NCBI RefSeq assembly: GCF_030144855.1
Contig: NC_082730.1
Span: 15,562,001-15,626,000, forward strand
Direction: 5' to 3'
Length of the DNA: 64,000 bases
From: Hypanus sabinus
Lineage: Eukaryota
How positions within the stretch are numbered: position 1 is the stretch's first letter; each line of letters begins with the position of its first letter. Positions 12,033-24,429 of the stretch are shown here, one piece after another. Position numbers and translations under genes: made by a program. Under the pieces are notes generated by a model. The model was not told the DNA's origin and did not search any database. It worked only from the letters and a program-made list of their open reading frames with translations.

Positions 12033-13836
12033 AAACACAAGATGCTGGCAGAACTCAGCAGGCCAGACAGCATCTATGGGAGGAGGTAGTGACGACGTTT
12101 CGGGGCGAAACCCTTCATCAGGAGTGAAGTAACATGGGATGGTCGAGGGGGGATAAGAAGTGGGGGGAGGAATAAAGTAGAGAGCTGGGAAGTGATAGGC
12201 TGGAGGGAAATGGGCTGGGGGAAGGTGGAGAATTATGGGAGATAAAAGAGAAAGAAAAGTAGGGCTGGGTGGAGATTATAGTGAGGGGGGAAAATAGAGA
12301 GAGAAAGAGAACCAGACTAAAATAATTGGTAGGGATGGGGGTAAGGGTGGGGGGCAGGGGTATCAACGGAGGTCTGTGAGTTGGATGTTCATGCCGGCAT
12401 GTAGGAGGCTACCTAGGCAGGAGATAAGGTATTGCTCCATCGACCTGCGTGTGGCCTCATCTTGAAGGTAGATGAGGCCATGGACAGACATGTCGGAGTG
12501 GGAGTGGTCTGTGGAATTGAAGTGTGTGGCCACAGGGAGATCCCGCCACTGCTGGAGGACTGAGCGCTGGTGTTCGGTGAAACGGTCTCCCAGTCTGCGG
12601 CGGGTCTCCCCAATGTATAAATGGCTACATCGGGAGCACCAGATACAGTATTTCACCCCAGCTGACTCGCAGGTGAAGTGGTGCCTCACCTGAAAGGACT
12701 GTCTGGGGCCTGAGATGGTGGTGAGGGAAGAAGTGTGGGGGCAGGTGTAGCACTTCTTACGTTTGCAGGGATGAGTGCCCGGAGGGAGGTCGGTGGGGAG
12801 GGATGGGGGATGAATGGACAAGGGAGTTGCGTAGGGAGCGATCCCTGCGGAAAGCCGAAAGTGGGGGGGGGGGGGAGGGGAAGATGTGGCTGGTGGTGGG
12901 ATCACATAGGAGGTGGCGGAAGTTACGGAGGATTATACTTTGGATCTGCAGGCTGGTAGGGTGATAGGTGAGGACCAGGGAGACTCTATCCCTGGTGGGC
13001 TGGTGGGGGGATGGGGTGAGGGCAGAGGTGCGTGAAATATGGGAGATGCGATGGAGGGCAGAGTTGATTGTGGACGAAGGGAAGCTCCTTTCTTTAAAAA
13101 AGGAAGACATCTGCTTTGTCCTAGAATGAAAGGACTCATCCTGAGAGCAGATGCGGCTGAGGCGGAGGAATTGAGAGAAAGGCTTAGCATTTTTGCAGGA
13201 GACAGGGTGGGAGGAGGAATAGTCTAGGTAGTTGTGGGAGTTAGTAGGTTTGTAGTAGACGTCAGTGGATAGGCTGTCTCCAGAGATAGAAACAGAAGGA
13301 TCTAGAAAGCGGAGGGAGGTGTCAGAAATAGACCAGGTGAATTTGAGGGCGGGGTGAAAGTTGGAGGCGAAGTTAATGAAGTCGACGAACTCAGCATGTG
13401 TGCAGGAAGCAGTGCCGATGCAGTCGTCGATATAACACAAGGAAAGAGGAGGACAACACCGGTGTAGGTATGGAACATAGATTGCTCCACATGACCAGGT
13501 GAATTTGAGGGCAGGGAGAGAGCACTGACACAGTAACAGCACTGACTGTACTTCAGACCAAACTCATTGGCTGTGGAGTCATGGACTACATGCCTGACAA
13601 GACCTGGGCCCCTAGCCCATTTCCCTCCAGCCTATCACTTCCTAGCTCTCTACTTTATCCCTCCCCCCACTTCTTCTCCCCCCTTGACCATCCCATGTTA
13701 CTTCACTCCTGATGAAGGGTTTTGGCCCGAAATGTCATCACTACCTCCTCCCATAGATGTTGTCTTGCCTGCTGAGTTCTGCCAGCATTTTGTGTTTTTA
13801 TTTATTTCCAGCATCTGCAGATTCACTCGTATTGCC
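12033..13836 (-). mobile_element. Penelope-like element (RT C-terminus + GIY-YIG) with inverted pseudo-LTR ends
   Basis: 'YIDDCIGTASC..FHPALKFTWS..YKPTNSHNYLDYSSSHP' and 'YCIWCSRCSHLYIGETRRRLGDRFTEH'. About 12033-12300 and 13608-13830 are inverted copies. Flanks AGTTAGTAAAGAA (12020-12032) / AGTTAATAAAGAA (13837-13849). Absent in unit 2 (about 39790). Confidence 0.92.
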
Positions 13837-14604
13837 AGTTAATAAAGAACATTACTAGTTCTGGAGTCAAAGGTAAACTGGGGTGGGGGGGGGGGGGATG
13901 AGTGATTTCTCTCTCTAAAGGCCTTTCCGATCCAGATGGGATTTTGACAATTTGGCAGTTCCTCACTATTATTATTGATATGTGGCTTTTAATTCTGGAA
14001 TTATTAAATAAATTGTATTTAATCACTCAATGTATCCTTACAGAAATTGAAGTCACACCTGGATTTCTAGACAGTAAAGTGGTAATGACCACTGTTGAAC
14101 CTCCTTCTACCTACACATAGAAATATCTAACAGGTACAAAATGTGACATTTCCATCGGAACCAGAGGACACAGTTTCAGACATCGTGAACGATTTCTTCC
14201 TGCAATTTATAAATTGCTCTGTAAGTGAGGAGGAGGTCAGGACTTTGGCCTTATTGAGAGATTTGAAGTGTGTCCTCAAGCTGTTTGAAAGGCCAACATA
14301 TTCAGAGATTATTGAAAGTTCAACACTGCCGCTCTCCCTCAGTACTGCAGTGGAAGGTCAGCCCTGGGTTTCTGCTCAGGACTCTGGAGTGGGAAGTGAA
14401 CCCACAATGTACTGACACAGGGGAGAGAGCACTGACACAGTAATGGCACTGACTGCACTTCAGACCAAAATCATTGGCTGTGGTGTCATGGACCACATGC
14501 TGGACATGACCTGGACCTGTTTTTACTGTAATGTTCATTAGATATCTGTTTGCATTAAGTTGTTCCTTTCCCCTTAAATCTGAAAATGCCTCCCTCAATT
14601 TCAG

Positions 14605-14919
14605 GTGCATTCTGGGCAGAGAAATCTGTAAGAGGAGTTGTGGGAAGAGTGATCACAATCGATTGTCACTATGAAGCAAAGTACCGCTCACTCACAAAGT
14701 ATTGGTCCTGTGGACGGACTGACCTACGTTCAGTTTTAGTGAAAACAAATGGGCAACACGGATGGAGTGAATGAGTGTCAATCACAGATAACCCGGAACG
14801 GGGAATATTTACTGTTACTATGGAGGATTTTCACTCTGGAGATACAGGATGGTACAGCTGTGGAATTACAACACCAGGTCTCAATCCAATGTCAAACGTA
14901 TATTTAGAAGTATCTGAAG
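14605..14919 (+). pseudogene. Unit 1 IgV exon 1 (CD300/pIgR-like) with in-frame stop
   Basis: TTTCAG acceptor, GTAGGT donor, 315 nt phase 1-1. 'ITIDCHY..KYW..D-T-G-W-Y-S-C'. TGA at 14772-14774 where unit 2 has CGA. The extra C-C' Cys pair is altered. Confidence 0.92.
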
Positions 14920-15569
14920 GTAGGTTTCTCAGTGATTGACTTTGTGCCGTCAGTAAACTAAATGACTCATCCATGTTTCCTCTGGGAAGGGTCAGAGCAT
15001 TAGATGTCCTGGGGAGTGACGACCTGCCGATCCCGGGGTAAGCTTGTTGAATGCAGAATTGTCCATCTTGTGGATGTGTCTGAAGAACAGCAGTCTCCTG
15101 CTCAGCCTCAGGACAGATTACAAGATCTTTGTCCAGATCCTGTCCCTCCCTCACTATCTCTGCATTAACATCAGTGCCAAATGTTCCCCTTTCTACACTG
15201 AACCCCTGTCACAATTTCATTTTCTCCTGAAAGCCATCAAGCATCTGTTGGATATCTCAACAATTGTGCTTTTAAACACTCAACCATCATTTCATTTGGT
15301 ACCTCTTGTACAGGATAAAGTAGTCAATGAAGACATGTTTGTGGTCTTCTGCTGCAGTAGTCCATCCACTTCAATGTTCAATGTATTGTCCGTTTACAGA
15401 TATTCTTATGCACACTTCTGTTGTAACACGTGGTTATCTGAATTCCTGTCACCTTCCTGTCTGCTCGAACCAGTCTGGCCATTCTGCTCTGACCTCTCTC
15501 ATTAGCAAGGAAATTGTGCTCATAGAATTGCTGCTCACTGGATGTCTTTTTTTTTGTTTTTCACACCAT

Positions 15570-16440
15570 TAACCACATAACAATTACAGCATGGAAACAG
15601 GCCATCTCGGCCCATCTATTCCATGCTGAATGCTTACTCTCACCTAGTCCCACTGGCCTGCCCTCAGCCCATAACCCTCCATTCCTTTCCTGCCCATATA
15701 ACTATCCAATTTTACTTTAAATGACAATACCGAACCTGCCTCTACCACTTCTACTGGAAGCTTGTTCCACACAGCTACCACTCTCTGAGTAAACAAATTC
15801 CCCCTCGTTTTACCCTTAAACTTTTTCCCCCAACTCTCAACTCATGTCCTCTTGTTTGAATCTGCTCTACTCTCAATGGAAATTGTCTATCCATGTCAAC
15901 CCTATCTAACCCCCTCATAAATTTGGAATACCTCTATCAAGTTCCCCCCTCAACCTTCTACACTCCAAAGTACATAAACCTAACATGTTCAACCTTTCCC
16001 TGTAACTTAGGTGCTGAAACACAGGTAACATTCTAGTAAATCTTCTCTGTACTCTCTCTATTTTATTGACATCTTTCCTACAATTCAGTGACCAGAACTG
16101 TATACAATACTCCAAATTCGGCCTTAACAATGACTTGTACAATTTTAACATTACACCCCAACTCCTATACTCAATACTCTGATTTATAAAGGCCAACATA
16201 CCAAAAGCTTTCTTCACCACCCTATCCACATTTGATTCCACCTTCAGGGAACTATGCACCATTATTCCTACAAACGTTTGTAAATCACTCTGTTCTACTG
16301 CATTCTTCAATGCCCTACCATTTACTATGTATGTTCTATTTGGATTATTCCTACCAAAATGTAGCACCTCACACTTATCAGCATTAAACTCCATCTGCCA
16401 TCGTTCAGCCCACTCTTCTAACTTGCCTAAATCTCTCTGC
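15570..16440 (-). mobile_element. CR1-like LINE 3' end
   Basis: ORF 15915-16526: 'WQMEFNADKCEVLHFG..LYKSLLRPNLEYCIQFWS..IERVQRRFTRMLP'. Confidence 0.9.
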
Positions 16441-16737
16441 AAGCATTCTCTGCCAACTCTAGAGACAGTGGGGGTGAAAGTCCCAGGAGACCAGCAGTTT
16501 CTGAGAAACCTATCAGGCAACAACAATCACATTTCTTCCTTATTCTGAAATTTGTCCTGAACAACAAGTGAGATTCTTGACCATGTCTGCATTTATGGAT
16601 TGTGTTGCTGTTTCACGAGTGGCTAATTAGATAGTTGCATTGATGACCAAGTGAACAGGAGTACCTAATAAAGTGGCAAAGAGTTAATAATTTTCAGATG
16701 TTCATTCAGTGTCTGAATGTTTAATTCTTTCTCACAG

Positions 16738-17058
16738 AACCTGTGTCTGTTCCTGAGCTTTGATATCTGTCACCAGCAAATGTTTCACATGTCGGAGGGT
16801 CAGTGTTAGTGTCCTGTGAGTCTTTCCAGGGATCCCTTCCCATTCAGTACACATGGTATGAACAAACCTCATTTCAGGAAGCAAAGATCTCAAACACTTG
16901 TGTATTGGCTCAATGTTGTCAATACTTCAACAACAAGTACCATCAATATTACTGCAAAGCCTCCAATGGTTATGGAGAAGAAATTAGTGGAATGGTCAAA
17001 GTGACAGTGTTCAAGAACAAAGAGATCTGCAGTTATGTGACAGAAATCAATGGCATCA
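16738..17058 (+). pseudogene. Unit 1 C2/I-type Ig exon a with in-frame stop
   Basis: CTCACAG acceptor, GTAAGT donor, 321 nt. 'VSCESFQGSLPIQYTWY..YYCKASNGYG'. TGA at 16761-16763 (CGA in unit 2). Confidence 0.9.
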
Positions 17059-18107
17059 GTAAGTTCTCCTTTCAAGGATTCAATACATTTAACTATTTAT
17101 TTTTGTTTCTCGGTTACTGCTGCTCTTATACTTCTAGTGAAGGTAAGAAATTTCTTTGCATTTGTAGAAGGTACACATTGCAGCCACCATGGAGTAGAAA
17201 TAAAGTCTATTGACCAGCTAAGTCTGGCAATTCCTCCTGTAGGAAGTGGAGCATCTCAAATACAATTGGAATTGCATATCCAGACAAATTGAAAGTTTTC
17301 ATTCATACTTCCAGGTTCTGCATTGAAGATCCTGGAACTGGTACTGAGTTGTGAGACAGTGACACTGTCATAAAAACAAAAGGAAGGACATATAATATGA
17401 GAAATATTAGTGGGATGTTACAGAATTGGGAAATTTCTAACATGTGATCTCACATTACAGATCAGTCTACAATGCTAGACTTTGTCCAAGGCCTTGCTAA
17501 ACTCCGCACCCTCATCAGTCACTTTGATCAGCCCTTCAGAAAATTTATTAGATTCTTTTGAGAGAGCTTCCCTCATGCACAAAATCATGTTGACTATCCC
17601 AAATCAGATCTTGCCTTGGGAAATTCAGGAAGATCCTGACTCACACAATTGCCTCCAGTAAGTCACCCACCACTGATCTTGTGCTCACCTGTCTGGAATG
17701 GGACAGGATCAGTAACCTATTGACTCAGAAATGTGGAAACACACCCAGACATTAGTGGGCAGTGACAATGATGACTCCAATCAAATAAAAATCATTACTT
17801 GTGAAGAGCTGGGAGCACGAGATGAGGGATGATGCTGCTGTCCTTTTCAGTCAATGTGGAATTCAATTGTACCGATAGACAGTGCGGCAAATTCCTTAAA
17901 ACACAGTGACAGCTTTAAATAAATCATTTCTTTTTATTATTTATGCTTTCCTTATCATTTGTTTTTTGTGCTACTTCAGATCCAGAGGAGCAATGATGTT
18001 GTTCTTTACATTTGTATACAGGAAATGACATTAAACTATCTTGAATCTGCTTGTGTAAATTTGATTTTACCTGTCCAATTTCTGAAAAACATCTCCCTCA
18101 GTTTCAG

Positions 18108-18407
18108 GTGCTTTATGGGCAAAAATAAAGTAAGAGGAGTTGTGGGAAGAGTGGTCAGAATCGATTGTCACTATGCACCAATGTACCGTTCACACACAAA
18201 GTACTTGTGCCGCATCCGGAGTCGCCAATGCACGTCATTATTGAATACAAATGGGCAAAATGAGCAGTCTGGAAGAATGACAATCAGAGATAACATATTC
18301 CAGGGAATATTTACTGTTACTATGAAGAATCTTGTCTCTCAAGATATGTGGAATTGGAACATCTGGCTAACATTTAGTGTTTGACGTGTACCTACAAATA
18401 TCTGGCG
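18108..18407 (+). pseudogene. Unit 1 IgV exon 2, frameshifted
   Basis: A 1-nt deletion near 18121-18129 gives an early TAA. A 14-nt deletion near 18345 removes the VGLYR segment before the second Cys (compare 45108-45125). Confidence 0.9.
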
Positions 18408-18914
18408 GTAGGTTCTCTTTGATTGATTCGGTGTCTCCAGTGAAATGTCTGATTTGTGTTTTCTCAAGGAAAGGTCAGGACAGCACGGATATCCTGAAGC
18501 TCCAAAGCAGTGCGGAGTACTCCAGGGAGCAGACTGGAGTCGGGGAAACTCCAGCCATGTTGCACTCACCCGTTGTGGGGTCTGATGCATAGACAGGACA
18601 CTAATTTCCAGTGGGAGGCTCAGCACATTTTCCTGTCTCTGAACTGTATGAAATGTCACCCTGTCAGAGGCTTACTTCCTCATGGTCTAAATAACTCAAA
18701 ATTCATAAAAAGGGAATCAGTTCCTAGAGCTAATCAGACTGTGTTCAGTCCTCACTGGGCGGGCTATCCCACTTCCCATCCCTGTTTCCCTGTCAATATG
18801 TTCCAATACTCCACCCCACAGCACTTACAGACCATCCACTTTCCGGCAACCAGACTTCTCTTCTGGCCCATTCCTGCTGGGAAAGAGAGTAATGGAATTA
18901 GAAAGAAAATGGGA

Positions 18915-19370
18915 TAGAGTCCAGCACAGGAATAGAATCTTTAGCCCACCATGTCTCCACTCACCATGATATCATTCTAAACTAATTCAATTTTATTGAG
19001 TATGGTCCTTATTCCTCCAACCCCTCCCTTTTATTGTCCTTGTCCAAAAACCTCTAAAATATTGTTATGATACCCCTTTCTACCACCCAGACTGACTATG
19101 TATTCCATGAAGTCACCACCCTCTGTGAAAAAAAACTTGACTTACAAACGTCCTTTAAACTTTCCCCCTTTTGCCTTCAAACTACACTCTGTTATTTGAT
19201 ACTTCAACCCTGGGAAAAGGATTATGACTATCATCCCCATATGTGAATTAGGTAACTTTACAAACATCTGTTAGGTCACTCCTCAGCCTCCTACACTCCA
19301 ACAAAAACAAACCCAGTTTGTCAAACTTCTCCCCACAGCGAATACACTGCAATCCAGGTAACATAAATTT
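18915..19370 (-). mobile_element. CR1-like LINE 3' end, decayed
   Basis: Reverse complement of the typical CR1 tail seen elsewhere in the window (compare 15590-15900). Confidence 0.6.
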
Positions 19371-19534
19371 ATTTGTTTATTTATTGATTGAGATACAGCA
19401 TGGAATAACTCCTCCAGCCCTCTGAGATAAGCCACCCAGTAATCCCCAGATTTAACCCTAGCCTGAACCTCGGAGAATTTACAACGAGCAATTAACCTAC
19501 CAACTTTTAGGTCTTTGGATTATGGGAGGATACC

Positions 19535-20635
19535 TGGAAATTAAATCTGTACAAGGATTTGCATTGGGTTCTATTTTAGGGACTTCTCTTCCCTTTGCTC
19601 TCTCTAAATTGCCGAAACGAATTGATAACCCGATAGTTAAACAGACTTTACATATATGGTTTCAATTTCAGAAATTTTTTGGGTTGACTCAGTTTGTTTT
19701 AAATATTCCTATTGTATCCAATTGCTTTTTTTAATCCTTCTATTATAGACCAAGCTTATTCAGCTTAGAAGACTAAAGGATTACTACGATTTTCTGATTT
19801 ATTTTTGGATAATTGTTTTATGTCTTTTGAGCAATTATCTATTAAATATAATTTGCCTAGATTTCATTTTTTTAGATAGTTACAGATTAGGAATTTCTTA
19901 AATACTGTACTTCCTACTTTTACAAATTTTGTGTCTTCAGGTATTTTGTTTGATCTAAATCCTTTTCAGAAAGGGCTAATATCAAAACTTTACAATATAA
20001 TTATAAAGATACGTTCAGAGCCCTTTTATAAGACTAAAAATGATTGGGAAAGAGAACTTAACCTTACTATCCCTATTGAGAATTGGGATAAAATTCTTCA
20101 ATTAGTTAATACGTCATCTATATGTGCTAAACATTCATTAATACAGTTTAAAGTTGCGCACAGGGCTCATATGTCCAAGGATAAATCGGCTCGTATTTAT
20201 TCCTATATAAATCCTATTTGTGACACATGTCATTCTGAGATAGCATCTTTAACTCATATGTTCTGGTTGTGAACGCTTTTGAAAAAATATTGGAAGGATA
20301 TTTTTGATATTATTTCTGCAGTATTGAACATTGATTTACAACCACATCCTATCACTGCAATTTTTGGTTTATCAATGATGGACTCAGTCCATTTATCCTC
20401 TTCCGCTTGTCGAATGATTGCATTTCTTACATTAATGGCTAGAAGATCTATTTTGTTGAATTGGAAAGAAATTAATCCTCCTACCATATTTCATTGGTTT
20501 TCTCAAACTATGTTATGTCTAAATTTAGAAAAAATTAGAAGTGTTGTATTTGATACTTCTATTAAATTTGATAAGATATGGAGACCATTTATTCAATATT
20601 TTCATATGATATTAATAACAATAATAAAAGATTGA
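19535..20635 (+). mobile_element. L1/Tx1-like LINE ORF2 C-terminal fragment
   Basis: 'NPIVKQTLHIW', 'KNDWERELNLTI..WDKIL..SLIQFKVAHR..CDTCHSEIASLTHMFW', 'KYWKDIF'. AT-rich with an A-rich tail near 20625-20640. Confidence 0.8.
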
Positions 20636-20639
20636 GAAA

Positions 20640-20990
20640 GAAAGATTGTGGAGAGGATGTTTCCTACAGTGAACATTTGGGACCAGAGAGCACAGACCCA
20701 GAATAGAAGAACATCTCTTTAAAAGAGAGATGAGGAGGAATTCCTTTAGCCAGAGGCTGGTGAATCTTGGAATTCATTGCCACAGGCATCTGTGGAGGAC
20801 AAATTATTCAGTGTTTTTAGCAAGGAGGTTGATAGGTTCTTGATTAATAAGGGTGTCAAAGGTTACAGAGAGAAGGCAGGAAAATAGAGTAAGAGGGATA
20901 ATAACTCAGTCATGACTGAATCGTGAAACAGAGTCAATTTACTGAATGGTCTAATTCTGCTCCTATATCTTATGGGCTTATGGTCTATTG
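20640..20990 (+). mobile_element. CR1-like LINE 3' tail
   Basis: GAGATGAGGAGGAATTCCTTTAGCCAGAGG...CTAATTCTGCTCCTATATCTTATGG, similar to 59500-59760. Confidence 0.7.
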
Positions 20991-21481
20991 CCTTTCTGGT
21001 TCTCTAGTCTCACATCATTCCTTGCTGGCTTCATAGACAGTAGATACCACTACTAATGGGTTGCCTTCCTACTGAAGGTCACCAAAACCAATCACAGTTA
21101 TACTCTCCCTGAAATCACCATTCATTTCTACATATCTGACAATTTTCTGCTTTTACATTACGCGGTGTTTTCCAGGACACCCACAAACGCTGCCTTTGCA
21201 GAGTCAAACACTTAGGTGCCATTTTGGACAGTCTCCTAGCTGCTGAGAGAGCTTGTACCCATGATTTCCACACTGACATATACACAGTGTCCTCACTGCT
21301 GTTCTGATCTGGAGTCCTGCTGTGTTCTGGAATAATGGCAAACATGGCAGGTCAGACAGCTGTGAGGATGCAGAGACTCAGAGAGGTCAATGAGCTGCTG
21401 AGATTCCAAACTGGTTGAGATACAGAATTGCTGAAATCTTCATAGTGTTTAATTTTCAGATGTTCACTGATTTTTCCACAG

Positions 21482-21798
21482 AACCCCTGTCTGTTCTTTT
21501 GCTTCAATTTTCACCACCAAGTGGCTCAAGTTGTGGGACTCCATGTCAGTGTCCTGTGGGTCTGTCAATGGATCCCTTCCCATTCAGTACTCATGGTATG
21601 AAAAGACACCATCTGGGGATTCAAAGGTCTCTTACAGCAACAAACTGGATTTACATTGTCAATCCTTAAAATACAAATATCATCTGTATTATTGCAAAGC
21701 CTCAAATGTTAATGAAGAAAAGTCCAGTGAAATGGTCAACGTGTCCATCTCCAACAGTGTCAGCACCTGCAGAAATGCGATTGAAGTCAACAGCATGG
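21482..21798 (+). pseudogene. Unit 1 C2/I-type Ig exon b, frameshifted
   Basis: CCACAG acceptor, GTAAGT donor, 317 nt vs 321 in unit 2. A 1-nt deletion at TGTGGGACT (about 21533-21540) shifts the frame. Confidence 0.9.
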
Positions 21799-23889
21799 GT
21801 AAGTGGTGCAGGGTTCGATTCTTTATGATGGTTGATGGAGTACAACTGAATGATTGATGTGTGCTTGATATTGTGTTGTTGGAACTTCACTCAGGAGCAT
21901 GGAGTGTATGTTGTCACCACCTTTCAGAGAATGAAAAGCTATTGGTACAGCAGTTCAAATGTGAGTCACTCATCACAGTGTCTCCTGTCTCGGATCTGCT
22001 CTCACTGGCTGGGTATAAATGTGTCTCGTCTAGTAATATTTCTGGCCATTAATTAAGATAGACCTTCTAAGATAAACCACTTCAATGTTCAAAGTAAATT
22101 ATGTATATGTCACCATATCCAACCCCGAGATCCATTTTCTTGTAGGCATTCACAGTAGATACAAATGAATACAACAGACTCAATGTAAAACTACACACAA
22201 TCAAAAATGGACAATCAAGGTGCAAAATAAGACAAATTNNNNNNNNNNNNNNNNNNNNNNNNNNNNNNNNNNNNNNNNNNNNNNNNNNNNNNNNNNNNNN
22301 NNNNNNNNNNNNNNNNNNNNNNNNNNNNNNNNNNNNNNNNNNNNNNNNNNNNNNNNNNNNNNNNNNNNNNNNNNNNNNNNNNNNNNNNNNNNNNNNNNNN
22401 NNNNNNNNNNNNNNNNNNNNNNNNNNNNNNNNNNNNNNNNACAGAAAAGCAAAGCACTACACGACAAATTCTGGAGGAACTCAGAAGGCCAGGCAACACC
22501 TATTGAAAAGAGTCATCAGTCAATGTTTTGGAATGACACCTTTCACCAGGACTGGAGAAAAAGAGATTAGAATTCAAAGTAAGAAAGTGGGGAGGGGAGA
22601 GGGAGAAGTACAACGTAATAGGTCAGAGGTGAAACTACTGAGAAGATGAGTTATACAACCCATGATAGTGAGTCCACATATTGCAGAATCAGCTCTGTTG
22701 AAGAGAGTGAAGTAATCCATGATGTTTCAGAAGCCTAATGATTGAAGGTAGTAACTGGTCCTGAACCTGGTGGTGTGGGATCTAAGCCTCCTGCAACTCC
22801 TTCATACTGGCAGCAGTGAGAAGAGAGCATGGTTTGAATAGTAGGATTTCTAGCTGCTTCAATACACTCTGATACTTAGGAATCGCCGCCTTGATTTGGC
22901 TTGCATCCAACCTTTCCATTGTGATTCAAAGCTTGAATTGGTCAGACATTGATGATCCTTGCTTTCGAGCCACCAGATTTGGTCCGATGAAAGATGTTCT
23001 TGTTATGGAAAAAGGCAAGCCAAGGATCAACAGACTGATTTCTGGAATGCCACAAGTGGCACGAGATCAGAGATTTTGTTGATTGGAGCTTTATTTGATG
23101 GAGTTCAGCAGGCTGAAAACTGATCTCATAGAAACCTGCAGTATTTTAGCAGGATGATACAGATGCAGGTAGGATGCTTCCAATGCCAGGGAATACAGGG
23201 TAGTCCATGGAGTCTAACCTCCAAAAGGACCACAACTTGTTGTTAGATTTGGAGACTTGCATGCCTGAATAACTCAGACAGCTATTTTGGCTGGAGTGAG
23301 GGCTTTATGATTTGGCTCTTGGAAGGGTCACCCTTGGCCAAACAGGACAAAGGGTAGAGACCAGCCTTAGAGTGGTCCACCAGTCCTCCAGGTTCAGGGG
23401 TTCAGCTCAGGACTCACAACGCTGACTGCTTAAACAAAATTTTCATGGAAACAAGTATCCTGCATCAGAGTTGGATGGTATTGCTCAGTCCCCATCCGGG
23501 ACTTACATGACTGACAGCAGAGAAAACCGAGAGGAATCTACTGACATAATAAAGGAAGCCCTGAACACTGCCAGAGACAGGAGACCTTCATTGCCGCCTG
23601 AAAGTAGTGTAATGGGCAGTAAGTAAGTAAACATGGACTCTGAAATAATCTGAGGGATGAGTCATTTAAAACTGGGATTAGGAAGGATTTCTTCTCCCAG
23701 AATGTGATGAACCTGTGTTCAAGAAAGATTGAGTTATTTTTCTCAGAGGTAGAGAGATGAAAAGATATGGGAAACAAAAGACCCTGTCTTTTCATTGAGA
23801 AAACCTCCTGCATTAGCATGTTGGATAAAAAGTGTAGCACTGTATCCAAATTGCCAGTAAACGAAATTGGGTGCACAAGAGCACAACAA

Positions 23890-24200
23890 TTAGTGCAACA
23901 CTATAACAGCACCAGTGATCAGTAATCAGGGTCCAATTCGCACCTCTGTTTGCAAGTTGTTTCTACATTCTCCCAGTGACCAAGTGGATTTCCTCTGAGT
24001 ACCACGGTTTCCTCCCACGTTCCGGTGATGCACAGGTTAGGATTAGTAAATCCAAAGCAAGTCATTTTGGCGCTGAAAGCACGGCACACTTGCAGGCTGC
24101 CCCCAGCACAAATTTTGTTGGTCGCAGTTGTAAACGATGCATTTCACTATATGATCTGATGCACATTTAACAAATAAATCTCATCTTTAATCTTTAAAAT
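23890..24200 (+). mobile_element. SINE (HE1/V-SINE-like core), shared with unit 2 (53720-54040)
   Basis: TTCTCCCAGTGACCAAGTGGATTTCC..GGTTTCCTCCCAC core, also seen at 53815-53865 and 61490-61545. Confidence 0.6.
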
Positions 24201-24323
24201 GTTCATTCAGTGATAGATCACCTTTACTCCAACATGCTCAAGTACCTATTGGTCTAACAATTGTGCTCTCTTGTTCTTGCAAGTGCAAAGCAAATGAAAT
24301 TTTATTTTATTTTCTTTTAACAG

Positions 24324-24429
24324 GGCCAATTGGTTTCTGTGGAAATCCTGTGACAGAATTGATGACAACTGCAACTACTCCAGCTGAAGAAACTACTCTG
24401 GAGCTGGAAGAAACTAGTCCAGCTCAAGT
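24324..24429 (+). pseudogene. Unit 1 stalk exon (GPIGFCGNPVTELMTTATTPAEETTLELEETSPAQ), donor GC
   Basis: TTTTAACAG acceptor. Phase 1 to 2. The donor aligns with GTAAAG of unit 2 but reads GCAAAG. 27 nt longer than unit 2 owing to an internal ETT-type repeat. Confidence 0.8.

Noticed and set aside
17139-17142. Microexon between CTTCTAG and GTAAG (both units)
   Set aside because: About 5 nt would break the phase-1 frame into V2.
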